Virus record (IMG/VR): IMGVR_UViG_3300007770_001239
Span: 1 to 64,000 of that record
Length of the DNA stretch: 64,000 nucleotides
Source of the DNA: a virus
Lineage: Duplodnaviria; Caudoviricetes
Strand: one strand, 5' to 3'
Under the pieces are notes generated by a model that was not told the DNA's origin, did not search any database, and worked only from the letters and a program-made list of their open reading frames with translations. Made by a program: the position numbers and the translations under genes. Positions within the stretch are counted from its first letter, which is position 1. Each line of letters begins with the position of its first letter. Shown here piece after piece: positions 26,101 through 35,548 of this stretch.

Positions 26101-28437
26101 TGCTTTGGTGGTGGAGCGGGTACAGCAAATCTTCAACTTCAAAACGCCGGCGGAGATCTTCATCTAAGCTCTAGCGCGCCAGGAAATGCATGGACCCAGA
26201 CAGTAATATCATCTTCGCATGATATAAACATTAAGGCTGGACTCGGTAGTTTGCTTGGTGTAAATACCGGTGGTACATTCAAAGTAACTGGTTCAACATA
26301 CTCATTCCAGATGGCTGCTGGTCAGAAGATGTATCTGGACGAGGGAACAGACGTCAGTCTTCAGCTTGACAGCAATCTATTAAAGATCAATCTTGGTGGC
26401 GCTTATACCGGACTAAGATTAGACGATGCATCGCATATCTATTTTGATGGGTCTGCAAAGTACGTGCATGATTCCGGTCAAGTGTCAGATGGCGCACTAA
26501 CGTATCAAGGAACTGACATCACTGTTAATGCTTCAGCTGATGGTATCATTAACGCTGGGGGCGATCACCTCCAGCTTCGTAATAGAACATACGGAAAGGC
26601 TGTTGATTTACATGCAGGCTCAGCTTGGGTGTGGAGCGCTGCCGGTCAAAATAACAGATCAGGCGCGATATTAGTCGCATCATCATCTGCAACGGGTTTA
26701 CCAGATAGAGGGTACCTCTCATTAGGTTCTCAGCGAGGTGAGTTAACGAACGAAGTATTCTACAACGGTAGACATACAGACGTTGCAATCTGGGTTTCAG
26801 GAACGATGGGTGGACGAGGAAATGCATTCCCATCCGTCACGGCTTTCGGCGGTGACGTCGTTATGTCAGGAAGCCTCTCGCTTGCAGAATATATCTATCT
26901 CGAAGACTCTACTGCTACGAACATCAGGTTTAGAAGCAATAGGATTGATCTAAGCGCAAATTCCGTACAGTTGATATCGCTACAGCCAACTGCAGGAACA
27001 CCTTCAATAGCAATTAACGGCGACCAAGGTCAGTTTACTACTAGCATTGGCGGTCATGGTAGCCTTATTTTTGCAGCAGCTGGTCATGATAGCACAAATA
27101 GAGCCTTGTTCTTCTCCGATGGAACCGGGGAAGCAGCAGGACTTGACGTCAAATTCTACGTATCCGGTGCAGCCGGGTCCAGGAATAGTAGTACAAGAGG
27201 TACAACAGTGTTTGGCGGAGATGTTCACTGTTCGGGATCGTTAAGCACAGACACTTTGTCACTTGATAGCTTGACGCTTGATGCAACAAACTCGAAACTC
27301 GGATTCTATAACGCTAGCAATTTTTATATCCAAAAGTCTTCCGCAGACCTGGTGTTTAAGGATTCAAACCTGGGCACTCAGAAAACGCTAACGCAGTTGG
27401 CAAGTCAGGCTATGACCGAAAATCTGTTCAGCGTTACACAGACGGCTGTCGGAGTACCGAACTACGGAATGACAACAGGATCATTCTCATTCGATACCGG
27501 TGTAGGGGGTCCATCTGCGAACAATGCAAGGGCAACAAACGCCATCGGTGGAGATGTTTACTTCTTCGTCAGCGGGACGATGGGAGCAAAAGCTCTACAT
27601 CCAGCCGCTACTCCAAACAGAGGCGTGTCGGTGTTCGGTGGAGACATGCACGTATCGGGCGCGATCACGAGCGATAACACTGCATTCGGCGGGAGCTTAG
27701 ATGATGCTTATGACATGCCAAACGGTGGCGGGACACCCTCGACTGGTGCAGGAAGATCAATAACAGTTAACGGTCCACCCGTCGCATTAGCAAACGGCGC
27801 GTCTCTCGTAACATCAGACTTGTTGGTCGTTTCCGGGGGAATAGCGATGGGCCAAATGCGTATGGTGCCTATGGCCGACACTGATAGCTTTTATACAAAA
27901 GCAGGTTTGTTCCTTACATCAAGCGCAGGGGAACTATCGTTCGGCGCGGGGGGAGCACCTTCGGCGGCGAAAACGGCATTTACCATTAACTCAAATGCAA
28001 ATGTGATGATGCAACAAGCTTCAGGTGTTGGAAAGAAACTAGCATTCTCGCCGTCTGAAGCAGCGACGTATTTACAGTACACAAATGCAAACGGATCGAA
28101 TCCGGGCGGTCGTCAATTGACTATGGCTAACCAAACAACTGCCGGGATCATTCGACTCATTGCGGGTAACGACAATGGCGTAGGTAACCCAGGAACCGGA
28201 ACAGGATTCGATGGAGTCGTTCATTGTACAGGTAGCTTCCTCCCTGGTTTCGATCAAGAGTATAATCTTGGATCAGCAACAAAGCGCTGGGCGAATGTAT
28301 ACACCGGTGACCTCCATTTGAGAAATGATCGTGGAAACTGGACTATTTATGAGGAACCAGACATGCTGGTCGTGGTGAATAACCTCACCGGAAAGAAATA
28401 CAAAATGGGACTTACCCCCCTCGAGGATGAAGAATAA
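23191..28437 (+). CDS. Large tail fibre/virion protein (1748 aa)
   Basis: G/S/T/N-rich, internal repeats, C-terminal LGSATKRWANVYTGDLHLRNDRGNWTIYEE..NNLTGKKYKM typical of marine phage fibre ends. Confidence 0.85.
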   Translation: MARDFRADQIRVNKIIASGSSWPLATGRAVDTNGNPTPAEQYHPNLGLLFYSSSAAADYSGVIEGSTDLMNQFGNEPWLVFSGSANNTALTPVGDGSAVLFLGDVIISGTLFGKRQLIQIDSDVPNDFYVQGNTHLSGNFFAGPTSYDNGGTHTQNMTVYPNQRGDRGVKINSDMIVYTRGSSAMPPRISFRTLTWEDRLTPATGNEHPDVFFHVSGTVGGRLGNQRGIALFGGDLHVSGNFSVDGSNDLVKFQEDMILNNTRSMPPNFGHDYTNPANLPPPLSRIKKLDRWTVGQFAPNASSWWSVLHNSSSTAVGGHGGWKLKVKGGAPWNGNEFTVSGSGDVGIDPGKTFWFDSRGATKTGIKHTWAVGSNKLQISGNIPTSYEFNHGVVTGSGGFHLPQGTSAEGRFGQSMGIMFRGEGSGLAGNEADIGIYYNGSVLTNPILGGTTNTLVFTGTNAASDGWMGVGGKLQLIAHGGLGKFQASTNMFLGTDSGDININPGGGNVVFKDATGAAVVDIDTSNEHLRLPSTADPDDYFQIAVGAAGTTTIKTFDDAATGAHLTVNIDGNIAMNAADASTIGLGNSNADTGKITIGGSVANRSEIELNATNIDVNAGSGGINLDAAGQSHLTTTAGTLTLDGAGGVNIVGNSSEVDITTTGGVDINSAAFDVDASGAIALDSDSTFNIGATNFVVTADGGAGDGAISLQTTDTTNGVKICTVGGASAVPIQIGGATSTVTIGNDLSVGTNAHSGSVDVWGDLTVHGSFIKGHIISASVGDPLLLLNSGALSSNSGGGIAIASGSNQTNIAMVFGRDTSFVNTFLVGTLDVGDGDSQSETKVDLSGATPIPIRTTGVRFPAGMALTSSQVTAGPYHLSMSNPSNKGGIRIRAGNPVVGVNQGPVQLSGSMFSIQPDRKVYLLESDPGTHTGAWLKGNSSSGLITVSAPDGVTIQGEKPELRLADTYKMLTCFGGGAGTANLQLQNAGGDLHLSSSAPGNAWTQTVISSSHDINIKAGLGSLLGVNTGGTFKVTGSTYSFQMAAGQKMYLDEGTDVSLQLDSNLLKINLGGAYTGLRLDDASHIYFDGSAKYVHDSGQVSDGALTYQGTDITVNASADGIINAGGDHLQLRNRTYGKAVDLHAGSAWVWSAAGQNNRSGAILVASSSATGLPDRGYLSLGSQRGELTNEVFYNGRHTDVAIWVSGTMGGRGNAFPSVTAFGGDVVMSGSLSLAEYIYLEDSTATNIRFRSNRIDLSANSVQLISLQPTAGTPSIAINGDQGQFTTSIGGHGSLIFAAAGHDSTNRALFFSDGTGEAAGLDVKFYVSGAAGSRNSSTRGTTVFGGDVHCSGSLSTDTLSLDSLTLDATNSKLGFYNASNFYIQKSSADLVFKDSNLGTQKTLTQLASQAMTENLFSVTQTAVGVPNYGMTTGSFSFDTGVGGPSANNARATNAIGGDVYFFVSGTMGAKALHPAATPNRGVSVFGGDMHVSGAITSDNTAFGGSLDDAYDMPNGGGTPSTGAGRSITVNGPPVALANGASLVTSDLLVVSGGIAMGQMRMVPMADTDSFYTKAGLFLTSSAGELSFGAGGAPSAAKTAFTINSNANVMMQQASGVGKKLAFSPSEAATYLQYTNANGSNPGGRQLTMANQTTAGIIRLIAGNDNGVGNPGTGTGFDGVVHCTGSFLPGFDQEYNLGSATKRWANVYTGDLHLRNDRGNWTIYEEPDMLVVVNNLTGKKYKMGLTPLEDEE

Positions 28438-31400
28438 TGTCAGTTTTCACTACAGTCTTATCAGCGTCTGATGGCGTTCAGGTTACCGGATCAGTTGACA
28501 TCAAGGGTCAAGGACTAATAACAGCTGGAATTATTTCTGGTTCAGCGATTGCAATTACAGGATCAGCTCATTTGGGGCATCCCGCTGGTCAATCAGCTCT
28601 AGTATTTAGTCGAATAGATTCTGATGTCCAGGCAGACGAGCAGCTTGGGTCGATCCAATTTGATGGTCGTGATTCGAATAGCGCCGGAGTCGGCGCAGAG
28701 ATTCGCGGGGAAGCGGCTGACACATGGGCGAGCAATGATCGTCGAGCAACTGATATTAAATTCTTTACACAAGATAATACGTCCGGAGTTAACACATTGA
28801 CGGGCGCAAGGCTGACCGTATCCTCATCGGGTGGGGTCGGAGCTGACATTCATATACATACTCCAGTGCTACAGGTTGGTACGGGAGGTGATGGAAACCA
28901 AGGAAAAACAGGTTCTGGAGTCCAAGCAAGAGTTTCCGCATGCACCACGGGTGATGAGGGTGATGCCGGTATAGAAATAGAGGCAGGTGGAACTACCAAC
29001 ACATCTGCTCTTACGTTTGCCAGGGACAACAACACTTCCGAACGACAGGGGTGGTATGTCGACTGGAATGCAGCAGATGCCGATCGCGTAACGTATAGAC
29101 AGTCGGATGCAACTGACCTCGGAGCATCACCGATTGCGATTACTGACCCGGCCGAGAACACTGATGGTTCTGGAGGTTGGACAGTCAGAGTTGGGGGCGG
29201 GGGAGCATGGACGGCGCAGAATGCCGCTTGGGATAGGAAGCCCAGTCTTCTTGTGACTTCATCTTATTTTAGCAGGCAGTCTTTAATAACAATCCGAAAC
29301 ATGAATCAGAGCAATCCCTCGACAGGCCTTGCAGGGCACAAAGACGCTGTTCCGGGTATTGCATGGAATTATCTGCAAAAGAATGGCGCTCAAAATAATG
29401 GCATCTGGACGATGGGCATCGAACCATATAACAAGTCACTGACCATTGGTTCACCATCCGGAGGCTTGAGCACGGGATATAACAGAAATACAACTGCGAT
29501 GGTATTTGGTGAAGCCGGCGATAACACGAAGGTAGGAATTGGAGGCGACAGTGTCACGTGGGGACCAGGAACAGGTGGCAATACTAGATCACTAATCCCC
29601 AGTGCTACGCTTCATGTTGGTAATCAGAATAACAATCCGTATTCATCGATGGATAAAACGTTAACTCAAACATCAACACTTCTTCTGGATAATTCTATTA
29701 ACGGTAGCGGTGAAGTTCAAGCAACCCTAACGTTCGATGTTTCCACGCAATCTGATATTGAATACCATTCTGCTCATATTGCATGTGTCAATGACGGTGC
29801 TGCAGCTGGACATACATCTTACTTATCAACAGGTCTATATGACGGATCTGGCAACAAGGATTCAACGCGGTCGCGGATAAGGGTCGACAGCCAGGGTGGC
29901 ATCATCGTATTAAGCGGTACAATGCCCGGTGCCGGCACAGGTTGGCCACGAAATGGAAATAGCTTTTATGATATAAGCGCAGGAGATGTACCATCTGGAT
30001 CTCTATCACTGATTTCATTAATGGATGGAACATATGGGAAGTCACAGCCAACCCTAAACTTTGTTAGCTGGACAGGTACCAATGGTAATCAGGGTGCCAT
30101 TGCAGATGGGGCTGAATTAGGTAGAATAACTTGGTGGAGTTCCGATAGCGGGAATTCAACAGACAATGATCGAACAGCCGCATTCATTCAGGCAGTTGCA
30201 ACGCTAGCTCACGGTGGATCTAATGAATCTCCCGCTGAACTTCAATTCTTCACACGATGGAGTGGGGACTCCGAACCGCAGAAACAGATGGTGATTTCGC
30301 AGGGCGGTAATTTGCTACTCGGTCAAGGATACATGCAACTCGGCGGTAATCAGATAAGGGATGCTGGTGATAATATTGTCATCAAGATGGACGGTTCAGG
30401 TAACCTGAATAAGGGACTGACAATCTCCCCCGCGGGTGCCGGCACACACGTATCTCTAAACATGGGGAACAGAGGTGCCACAAATGATACGATCATCAAA
30501 CTGGGAAATGCTGGAAGAGTAGGTCAACTTGGGGTTGATTATTCTGATACATCTTTTAAGATCGGTTTAGACACAGGGTATGATGATTTTGGCGCAACTG
30601 CGATTACGATTGACTCATCTCTCAAAACTACTCTCTCAGGAACGCTTCAAGTTGGTGGAAATATAATCAAAGCTTCTGACGGTGGCAACACCATTACTAT
30701 GGACACCAGTGATAATGTCACTATTGCCGGCGACCTAACCGTCGGAGGTAATGATATTAAGGATTCCGGTAGTAATACATTCATCGGGTCTGACGGTACT
30801 GGAAATATTAACGATCTCGGTATAATCACCGTCCCTACAACAACTTTCCGCAGCGCGACCACATCATTCCATCCAGAGATTCACCTTGAGTCGACCGACG
30901 CAACAACAGGTGATGCTGCAGAGATCCACTTTAGCAGATACGACGACGCGGTGTTACAGGCTGGTGACAAGCTGGGTGAAATATATTTCAATGGTACCGA
31001 AACAAATGACAACACATATTTTCAAGCCGCAGTCATCGAAGGACAGGTAGGTACCGGCACATGGACGGATAGTTCATCCCAACCAGGAAGATTGTCATTC
31101 TACACAGTGGCAAACGGAGCTACATCACAGACTGAACGAATGACAATCGATTCCGACGGATCCGTCGAAATTACCGGTGACTTATTCGTTAATGACTACG
31201 CTCGAATCGATGCGCTGAGAGTTGGCACAACCTCTACAGATCCTGGAGACGGTAATCTTTACGTCGAAGGAGAAGTTCAAACAGCACAGATATCGTATAC
31301 AGACGGTGACGATGCTATAACAATCGCCGATGGCGGATACACATCATATGCTGTGGGTAACACCAACGCCGGTGGCATACTGGTTAGCGACAATGCCAGC

Positions 31401-32624
31401 GCTGGTGATAACGAATGGTGTAAATTTGCACAGGCAACACCAACGAGCAAATGCGCTGAAGGTACTTTTATTGTTAATCTGGGTGGGGCGATGACGTCCA
31501 CCTACGTCAAATCTTCGACCTACATAATTTTCGCAAAGGTGGCCGATAATTCTGCTACTAACATGATTCTTACTGCAGAACCACTTTCTCGTGGTCTGGA
31601 TGGGCCGACGTCAGCTGATCAACCATGGGATCCAACAACCGACCTTGCATGTACTTGGACAAACAACACAGCAGAGCTTTGGATTAAGACTACGACAACA
31701 AATGTTGGATGTTGGGTCACTGCTCTTAGTGGACCGACTGTGACCGAAGAAAGAATAACCTCATGGACTATTCCAATTGGCGGAGATCAAGAAGGATGGC
31801 TTGCTTCCATCGACGATCTCGGTACCATAACTTACGGTACATGGGCAGAAAAGATATTCTCGAAAGTTACAGCACCGACATTTGCAGGGGTGGGTGACAT
31901 AACTCTTGATGCTGTTGGAGATATTATTCTTGCCGCTGATGGTGATCAGATCGTGATGACAGACGGGTCAACGACACGACTTACATTCAATGTCGATTCG
32001 ACTCCGGAAATCGATTTCTTTGGTGCTGCCAGAATAGACTGTGATAGTACTCTAGAGCTTGAATGTCAAGGTAGCATGTTATTGGACATTAACAGTAACG
32101 GTCATTTTCGAGTATCTTTAACTAGCGCGACGTCATACGGATTTGAGGTTCATGATGATGGACACTTCTACGCGCAGAGTTTAAGCAGTAATGGTGGTAC
32201 AAATTACGCACGGTATGATACCGGCACTGGTGAAATATCGTATTGGACAAGTACAGAGAAAGTGAAAGAAAACATTAGGGATCTGCCGCTTGACTACGCA
32301 CCATTATTAGCAATGCAACCAAGAATATTCGACTTCAAAGCCGCGCAAGGTGGGAATAAAAATGTTGTTGGATTTATCGCTGAAGAAATTGCCACAGCTC
32401 ATCCAGGATCAGCTGCCCTGGGGCCTGATTGGGACTATGATGAAGATGGGTATGTAAAACTAATCGATGCAGTACGTGAGGAAGACGGTGAGCCTACAAA
32501 AGCGAAAGTATTACTAAGCGAAAACAAGGTACCAATAGCATGGGATGATGCTGCAACGACAGCTTACCTTGTAAAAATCATACAAGACCTACATGCTAGA
32601 ATACAGGATCTAGAAAACAGCTAA
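28437..32624 (+). CDS. Tail fibre with C-terminal peptidase S74 intramolecular chaperone
   Basis: From 32250: STEKVKENIRDL..MQPRIFDF..GFIAEEI..LVKIIQDLHARIQDLE. Confidence 0.9.
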   Translation: MSVFTTVLSASDGVQVTGSVDIKGQGLITAGIISGSAIAITGSAHLGHPAGQSALVFSRIDSDVQADEQLGSIQFDGRDSNSAGVGAEIRGEAADTWASNDRRATDIKFFTQDNTSGVNTLTGARLTVSSSGGVGADIHIHTPVLQVGTGGDGNQGKTGSGVQARVSACTTGDEGDAGIEIEAGGTTNTSALTFARDNNTSERQGWYVDWNAADADRVTYRQSDATDLGASPIAITDPAENTDGSGGWTVRVGGGGAWTAQNAAWDRKPSLLVTSSYFSRQSLITIRNMNQSNPSTGLAGHKDAVPGIAWNYLQKNGAQNNGIWTMGIEPYNKSLTIGSPSGGLSTGYNRNTTAMVFGEAGDNTKVGIGGDSVTWGPGTGGNTRSLIPSATLHVGNQNNNPYSSMDKTLTQTSTLLLDNSINGSGEVQATLTFDVSTQSDIEYHSAHIACVNDGAAAGHTSYLSTGLYDGSGNKDSTRSRIRVDSQGGIIVLSGTMPGAGTGWPRNGNSFYDISAGDVPSGSLSLISLMDGTYGKSQPTLNFVSWTGTNGNQGAIADGAELGRITWWSSDSGNSTDNDRTAAFIQAVATLAHGGSNESPAELQFFTRWSGDSEPQKQMVISQGGNLLLGQGYMQLGGNQIRDAGDNIVIKMDGSGNLNKGLTISPAGAGTHVSLNMGNRGATNDTIIKLGNAGRVGQLGVDYSDTSFKIGLDTGYDDFGATAITIDSSLKTTLSGTLQVGGNIIKASDGGNTITMDTSDNVTIAGDLTVGGNDIKDSGSNTFIGSDGTGNINDLGIITVPTTTFRSATTSFHPEIHLESTDATTGDAAEIHFSRYDDAVLQAGDKLGEIYFNGTETNDNTYFQAAVIEGQVGTGTWTDSSSQPGRLSFYTVANGATSQTERMTIDSDGSVEITGDLFVNDYARIDALRVGTTSTDPGDGNLYVEGEVQTAQISYTDGDDAITIADGGYTSYAVGNTNAGGILVSDNASAGDNEWCKFAQATPTSKCAEGTFIVNLGGAMTSTYVKSSTYIIFAKVADNSATNMILTAEPLSRGLDGPTSADQPWDPTTDLACTWTNNTAELWIKTTTTNVGCWVTALSGPTVTEERITSWTIPIGGDQEGWLASIDDLGTITYGTWAEKIFSKVTAPTFAGVGDITLDAVGDIILAADGDQIVMTDGSTTRLTFNVDSTPEIDFFGAARIDCDSTLELECQGSMLLDINSNGHFRVSLTSATSYGFEVHDDGHFYAQSLSSNGGTNYARYDTGTGEISYWTSTEKVKENIRDLPLDYAPLLAMQPRIFDFKAAQGGNKNVVGFIAEEIATAHPGSAALGPDWDYDEDGYVKLIDAVREEDGEPTKAKVLLSENKVPIAWDDAATTAYLVKIIQDLHARIQDLENS

Positions 32625-32627
32625 TTC

Positions 32628-32645
32628 AATTAATTAATTAATTAG
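32628..32645. repeat. (AATT)n self-complementary microrepeat in AT-rich intergenic region
   Basis: AATTAATTAATTAATTAG. Confidence 0.7.
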
Positions 32646-32763
32646 AAAATTTACTAAAGAAAACAGATATACTGGATTACTGGGAAGCTGAATTCAGAAT
32701 TAATATACAGCAGCTGTAAAATTTGTACACCAAAAAAAGTTGAAAAAATCTGATTTTTCTATC

Positions 32764-32791
32764 TTTACAGTCAATCAAGAGGGCTTATTAT
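32764..32791 (+). promoter_or_regulatory. Sigma70-like promoter of the glycosylation island
   Basis: TTTACA-16 nt-TATTAT; AGGAG RBS at 32800-32804. Confidence 0.5.
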
Positions 32792-32810
32792 TCATCAGCA
32801 GGAGTGTTTG

Positions 32811-34763
32811 ATGTTTACTAGTCCCTTTGAGACTCCGCAGATACCGGTTGTAGATCCGGATGCGGATATTATTTTTGTTGCAGATTTCTTTATAGAAGAT
32901 TATGCAGGTGGTGCAGAAATGACCACTGAAGCTTTGATACAATCAGCAACAGATCTGAAAGTTCAGAAGCTTCACTCTCATCACATAGCTATGAACCATC
33001 TTAAGGGTGGTATGGACAAGCATTGGGTTTTTGGAAATATTGCTGGATTAAAACCCGATTTGATTGCCAGCATTATTGGTAACCTCTCTTATTCTATACT
33101 TGAATACGATTATAAGTTTTGTCAGTATCGATCGATAGAGAAGCATGAACATGAGACCGGTTCTCCTTGCGATTGTTCCGAGCAGTTACATGGAAAAATG
33201 ATATCAGCTTTCTTTCATGGCTCAAAATCGATTTGGTGGATGAGCGAAGAGCAAGAAAAAAGATACCTGGAAAGATTTCCGTTTCTAGCAGATAATGCAA
33301 GATGCGTGCTAAGTAGCGTATTCGGTGAAAATTTCTTTCGCATGGTCGGTGCATTAGCTGAAGTTGCTAGAGAGAACCCACCAGAGCGCAAGGGCTGGAT
33401 CGTCTTGGGTTCGGATTCTTGGATTAAGGGTGCTGAGGATGCCATAGCTTATTGTGAAAAAAATAATTTAGAACATGAAGTCGTCTGGGGTATACCACAT
33501 GATCAGTTACTAGCGAAGCTAGCCGTATCAGAAGGGTTTGTTTATCTGCCTCGAGGGGGAGATACATGCCCGAGGATGGTGATTGAAGCCAGAGCAGTTG
33601 GGTGTGATATTGTTCTTAATGAAAATGTACAGCATAAGAATGAAGAGTGGTTTACTGGTGATGAGCTAGATATGATGTCATATCTTTATGCAGCTCGTGA
33701 ACGGTTTTGGACTGCCATAAAATCAGTCGCAAGTTATGTTCCATCGCTCAGTGGCTACACGACAGTAAGAAATGCGATTGATATGAAATACCCCTGGATG
33801 GCAACTGTGCAATCTATGTTAGGCTTCTGTCATGAGGTTGTCGTTGTAGATGGCGGTTCTACAGACGGTACCTGGGAAAAATTACAAACATGGGCAGAAG
33901 AAGAAGAGAGATTAAAGATCGAGCAGATTTCTGTTGATGAGGCTAGCCCAAGCTTTGCATATGAATCAGACGGTATGCTAAAGGCTGCTGCAAGAGATTT
34001 GTGCACATCAGAATATTGTTGGCAGATGGATGCAGATGAAGTGGTTCATGAACATGATTATGCGAAGGTTCATAATCTCTTAAGAGGGTTCCCACGCTAT
34101 ACAAATCTAGTGTCACTTCCCGTGATTGAGTATTGGGGGTCCACGGAGAAGGTGAGGATGGATATAAATCCCTGGAAGTGGAGATTGAGTAGGAATCTTC
34201 CGCATATAACTCAGGGCATACCCGCAGCGCTTCGTAATGTTGATGATGAAGGGTATGAATACGCGTCGATGGGAACAGATAGCTGTGATTATATCGATAG
34301 AGAGTCTGGTGAATTAATTCCTCATGCTGGATTTTATGATGAACAAATTCATAATATCAGACTAGCAGGTCTGGGTGGTAATGAAGAAGCTCGAAAGACT
34401 TATGAAACATGGTTTAATAATGTAATTGATTCTCTCCCAGGTGTGCATCACTATTCGTGGTATAACATCGCGAATAAAATAGGTCAGTATAAATTACATT
34501 GGGGTAAGTTTTGGAAGAGTATGTATCGTTTTGATACAGAAGACACAGCTGAAAATAACGTCATGTTTGATAAACCATGGGTTGATGTAACAGATGACGA
34601 TGTCGATAAGATGTCGACAAAACTAGCCACAGAATTAGGCGGGTGGATTTTTCATAACAAGGTTGATTTTACGCAAAAAGTCCCCCATATTTCTGTACAA
34701 CGAGAGCATCCTTCTACATTTATAGCATACGAGAAAAGTCTGCAAAAATTAAATGAGGAATAA
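32811..34763 (+). CDS. Two-domain glycosyltransferase (GT-B/GT4-like fused to GT2)
   Basis: EGFVYLPRGGDTCPRMVIEA (GT4-like); EVVVVDGGSTDGT and YCWQMDADE (GT2). Confidence 0.85.
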   Translation: MFTSPFETPQIPVVDPDADIIFVADFFIEDYAGGAEMTTEALIQSATDLKVQKLHSHHIAMNHLKGGMDKHWVFGNIAGLKPDLIASIIGNLSYSILEYDYKFCQYRSIEKHEHETGSPCDCSEQLHGKMISAFFHGSKSIWWMSEEQEKRYLERFPFLADNARCVLSSVFGENFFRMVGALAEVARENPPERKGWIVLGSDSWIKGAEDAIAYCEKNNLEHEVVWGIPHDQLLAKLAVSEGFVYLPRGGDTCPRMVIEARAVGCDIVLNENVQHKNEEWFTGDELDMMSYLYAARERFWTAIKSVASYVPSLSGYTTVRNAIDMKYPWMATVQSMLGFCHEVVVVDGGSTDGTWEKLQTWAEEEERLKIEQISVDEASPSFAYESDGMLKAAARDLCTSEYCWQMDADEVVHEHDYAKVHNLLRGFPRYTNLVSLPVIEYWGSTEKVRMDINPWKWRLSRNLPHITQGIPAALRNVDDEGYEYASMGTDSCDYIDRESGELIPHAGFYDEQIHNIRLAGLGGNEEARKTYETWFNNVIDSLPGVHHYSWYNIANKIGQYKLHWGKFWKSMYRFDTEDTAENNVMFDKPWVDVTDDDVDKMSTKLATELGGWIFHNKVDFTQKVPHISVQREHPSTFIAYEKSLQKLNEE

Positions 34764-34765
34764 AA

Positions 34766-35548
34766 ATGCCCAAAGTCTCCATTATTCTTCCGGTTCATAA
34801 CGGAGAGAAAAAAATATCGCGTGCGTTGACGTCGCTAGCGAAGCAAACATATCGAGACTTTGAAACAGTATTAGTAGACAATAATTGCACTGACTTGACC
34901 GTTGAGGTTGCAATGCAATTCAAGGATTCTGTGAATCTAAGAGTTGTGAAATGTGAAGTGCAGGGATTGGTCGCTGCTTTAAATTTTGGTATTGCAAATT
35001 CGGATAGCGAATTTATAGCTCGTCAAGATGATGATGATTATTGGTACCCGGATAAGCTAGAAAAGCAGATGAAGTATTTTGAAGAAAATCCAGATGTTGA
35101 TGTATTGGGTACTCAAATTAGGTTGTTGGATACCGATGGAAGAGTTGAAGAACTTGGTACTTTTGGATCAGCAGTAACGTACGCTGTACATGATCAAGCA
35201 ATGAAGATGGCTTTGTTAATCGGCCAAAATCCGATATGTCATCCTTCAGTCGTTTTCAAAAGAGCTGTTATTCTGAAAGTTGGTGGGTACGTCGATATTT
35301 GGCATCTAACAGAAGATCTTGAATTGTGGTGTAGAATGATTCCATTTGCAAAATTTGCGAATATAGATGAAGTGCTGATTGACTATACTCAGACGATACG
35401 GGATGACTATGATCCGAATCTAGCTATCTTGATTTCAGATATGTACTATCATCTTTATAAGGTGCTAGGGTATGTTAAGGGTGAAAGACCTCCGGTACTT
35501 GCAGAGTGGCAAGTCGATCAGATGATGGAGAAGAATAATGACAAATAA
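34766..35548 (+). CDS. GT2 glycosyltransferase
   Basis: VSIILPVHNGE, VDNNCTD, ARQDDDD, HPSV, EDLELW. Confidence 0.95.
   Translation: MPKVSIILPVHNGEKKISRALTSLAKQTYRDFETVLVDNNCTDLTVEVAMQFKDSVNLRVVKCEVQGLVAALNFGIANSDSEFIARQDDDDYWYPDKLEKQMKYFEENPDVDVLGTQIRLLDTDGRVEELGTFGSAVTYAVHDQAMKMALLIGQNPICHPSVVFKRAVILKVGGYVDIWHLTEDLELWCRMIPFAKFANIDEVLIDYTQTIRDDYDPNLAILISDMYYHLYKVLGYVKGERPPVLAEWQVDQMMEKNNDK

Noticed and set aside
23191-32624. Diversity-generating retroelement acting on the fibres
   Set aside because: Repeats are similar only at protein level; no near-identical TR/VR pair differing at adenines and no RT seen.
32628-32760. CRISPR or iteron array in the AT-rich gap
   Set aside because: Repeats are too short and irregular, with no spacer periodicity.
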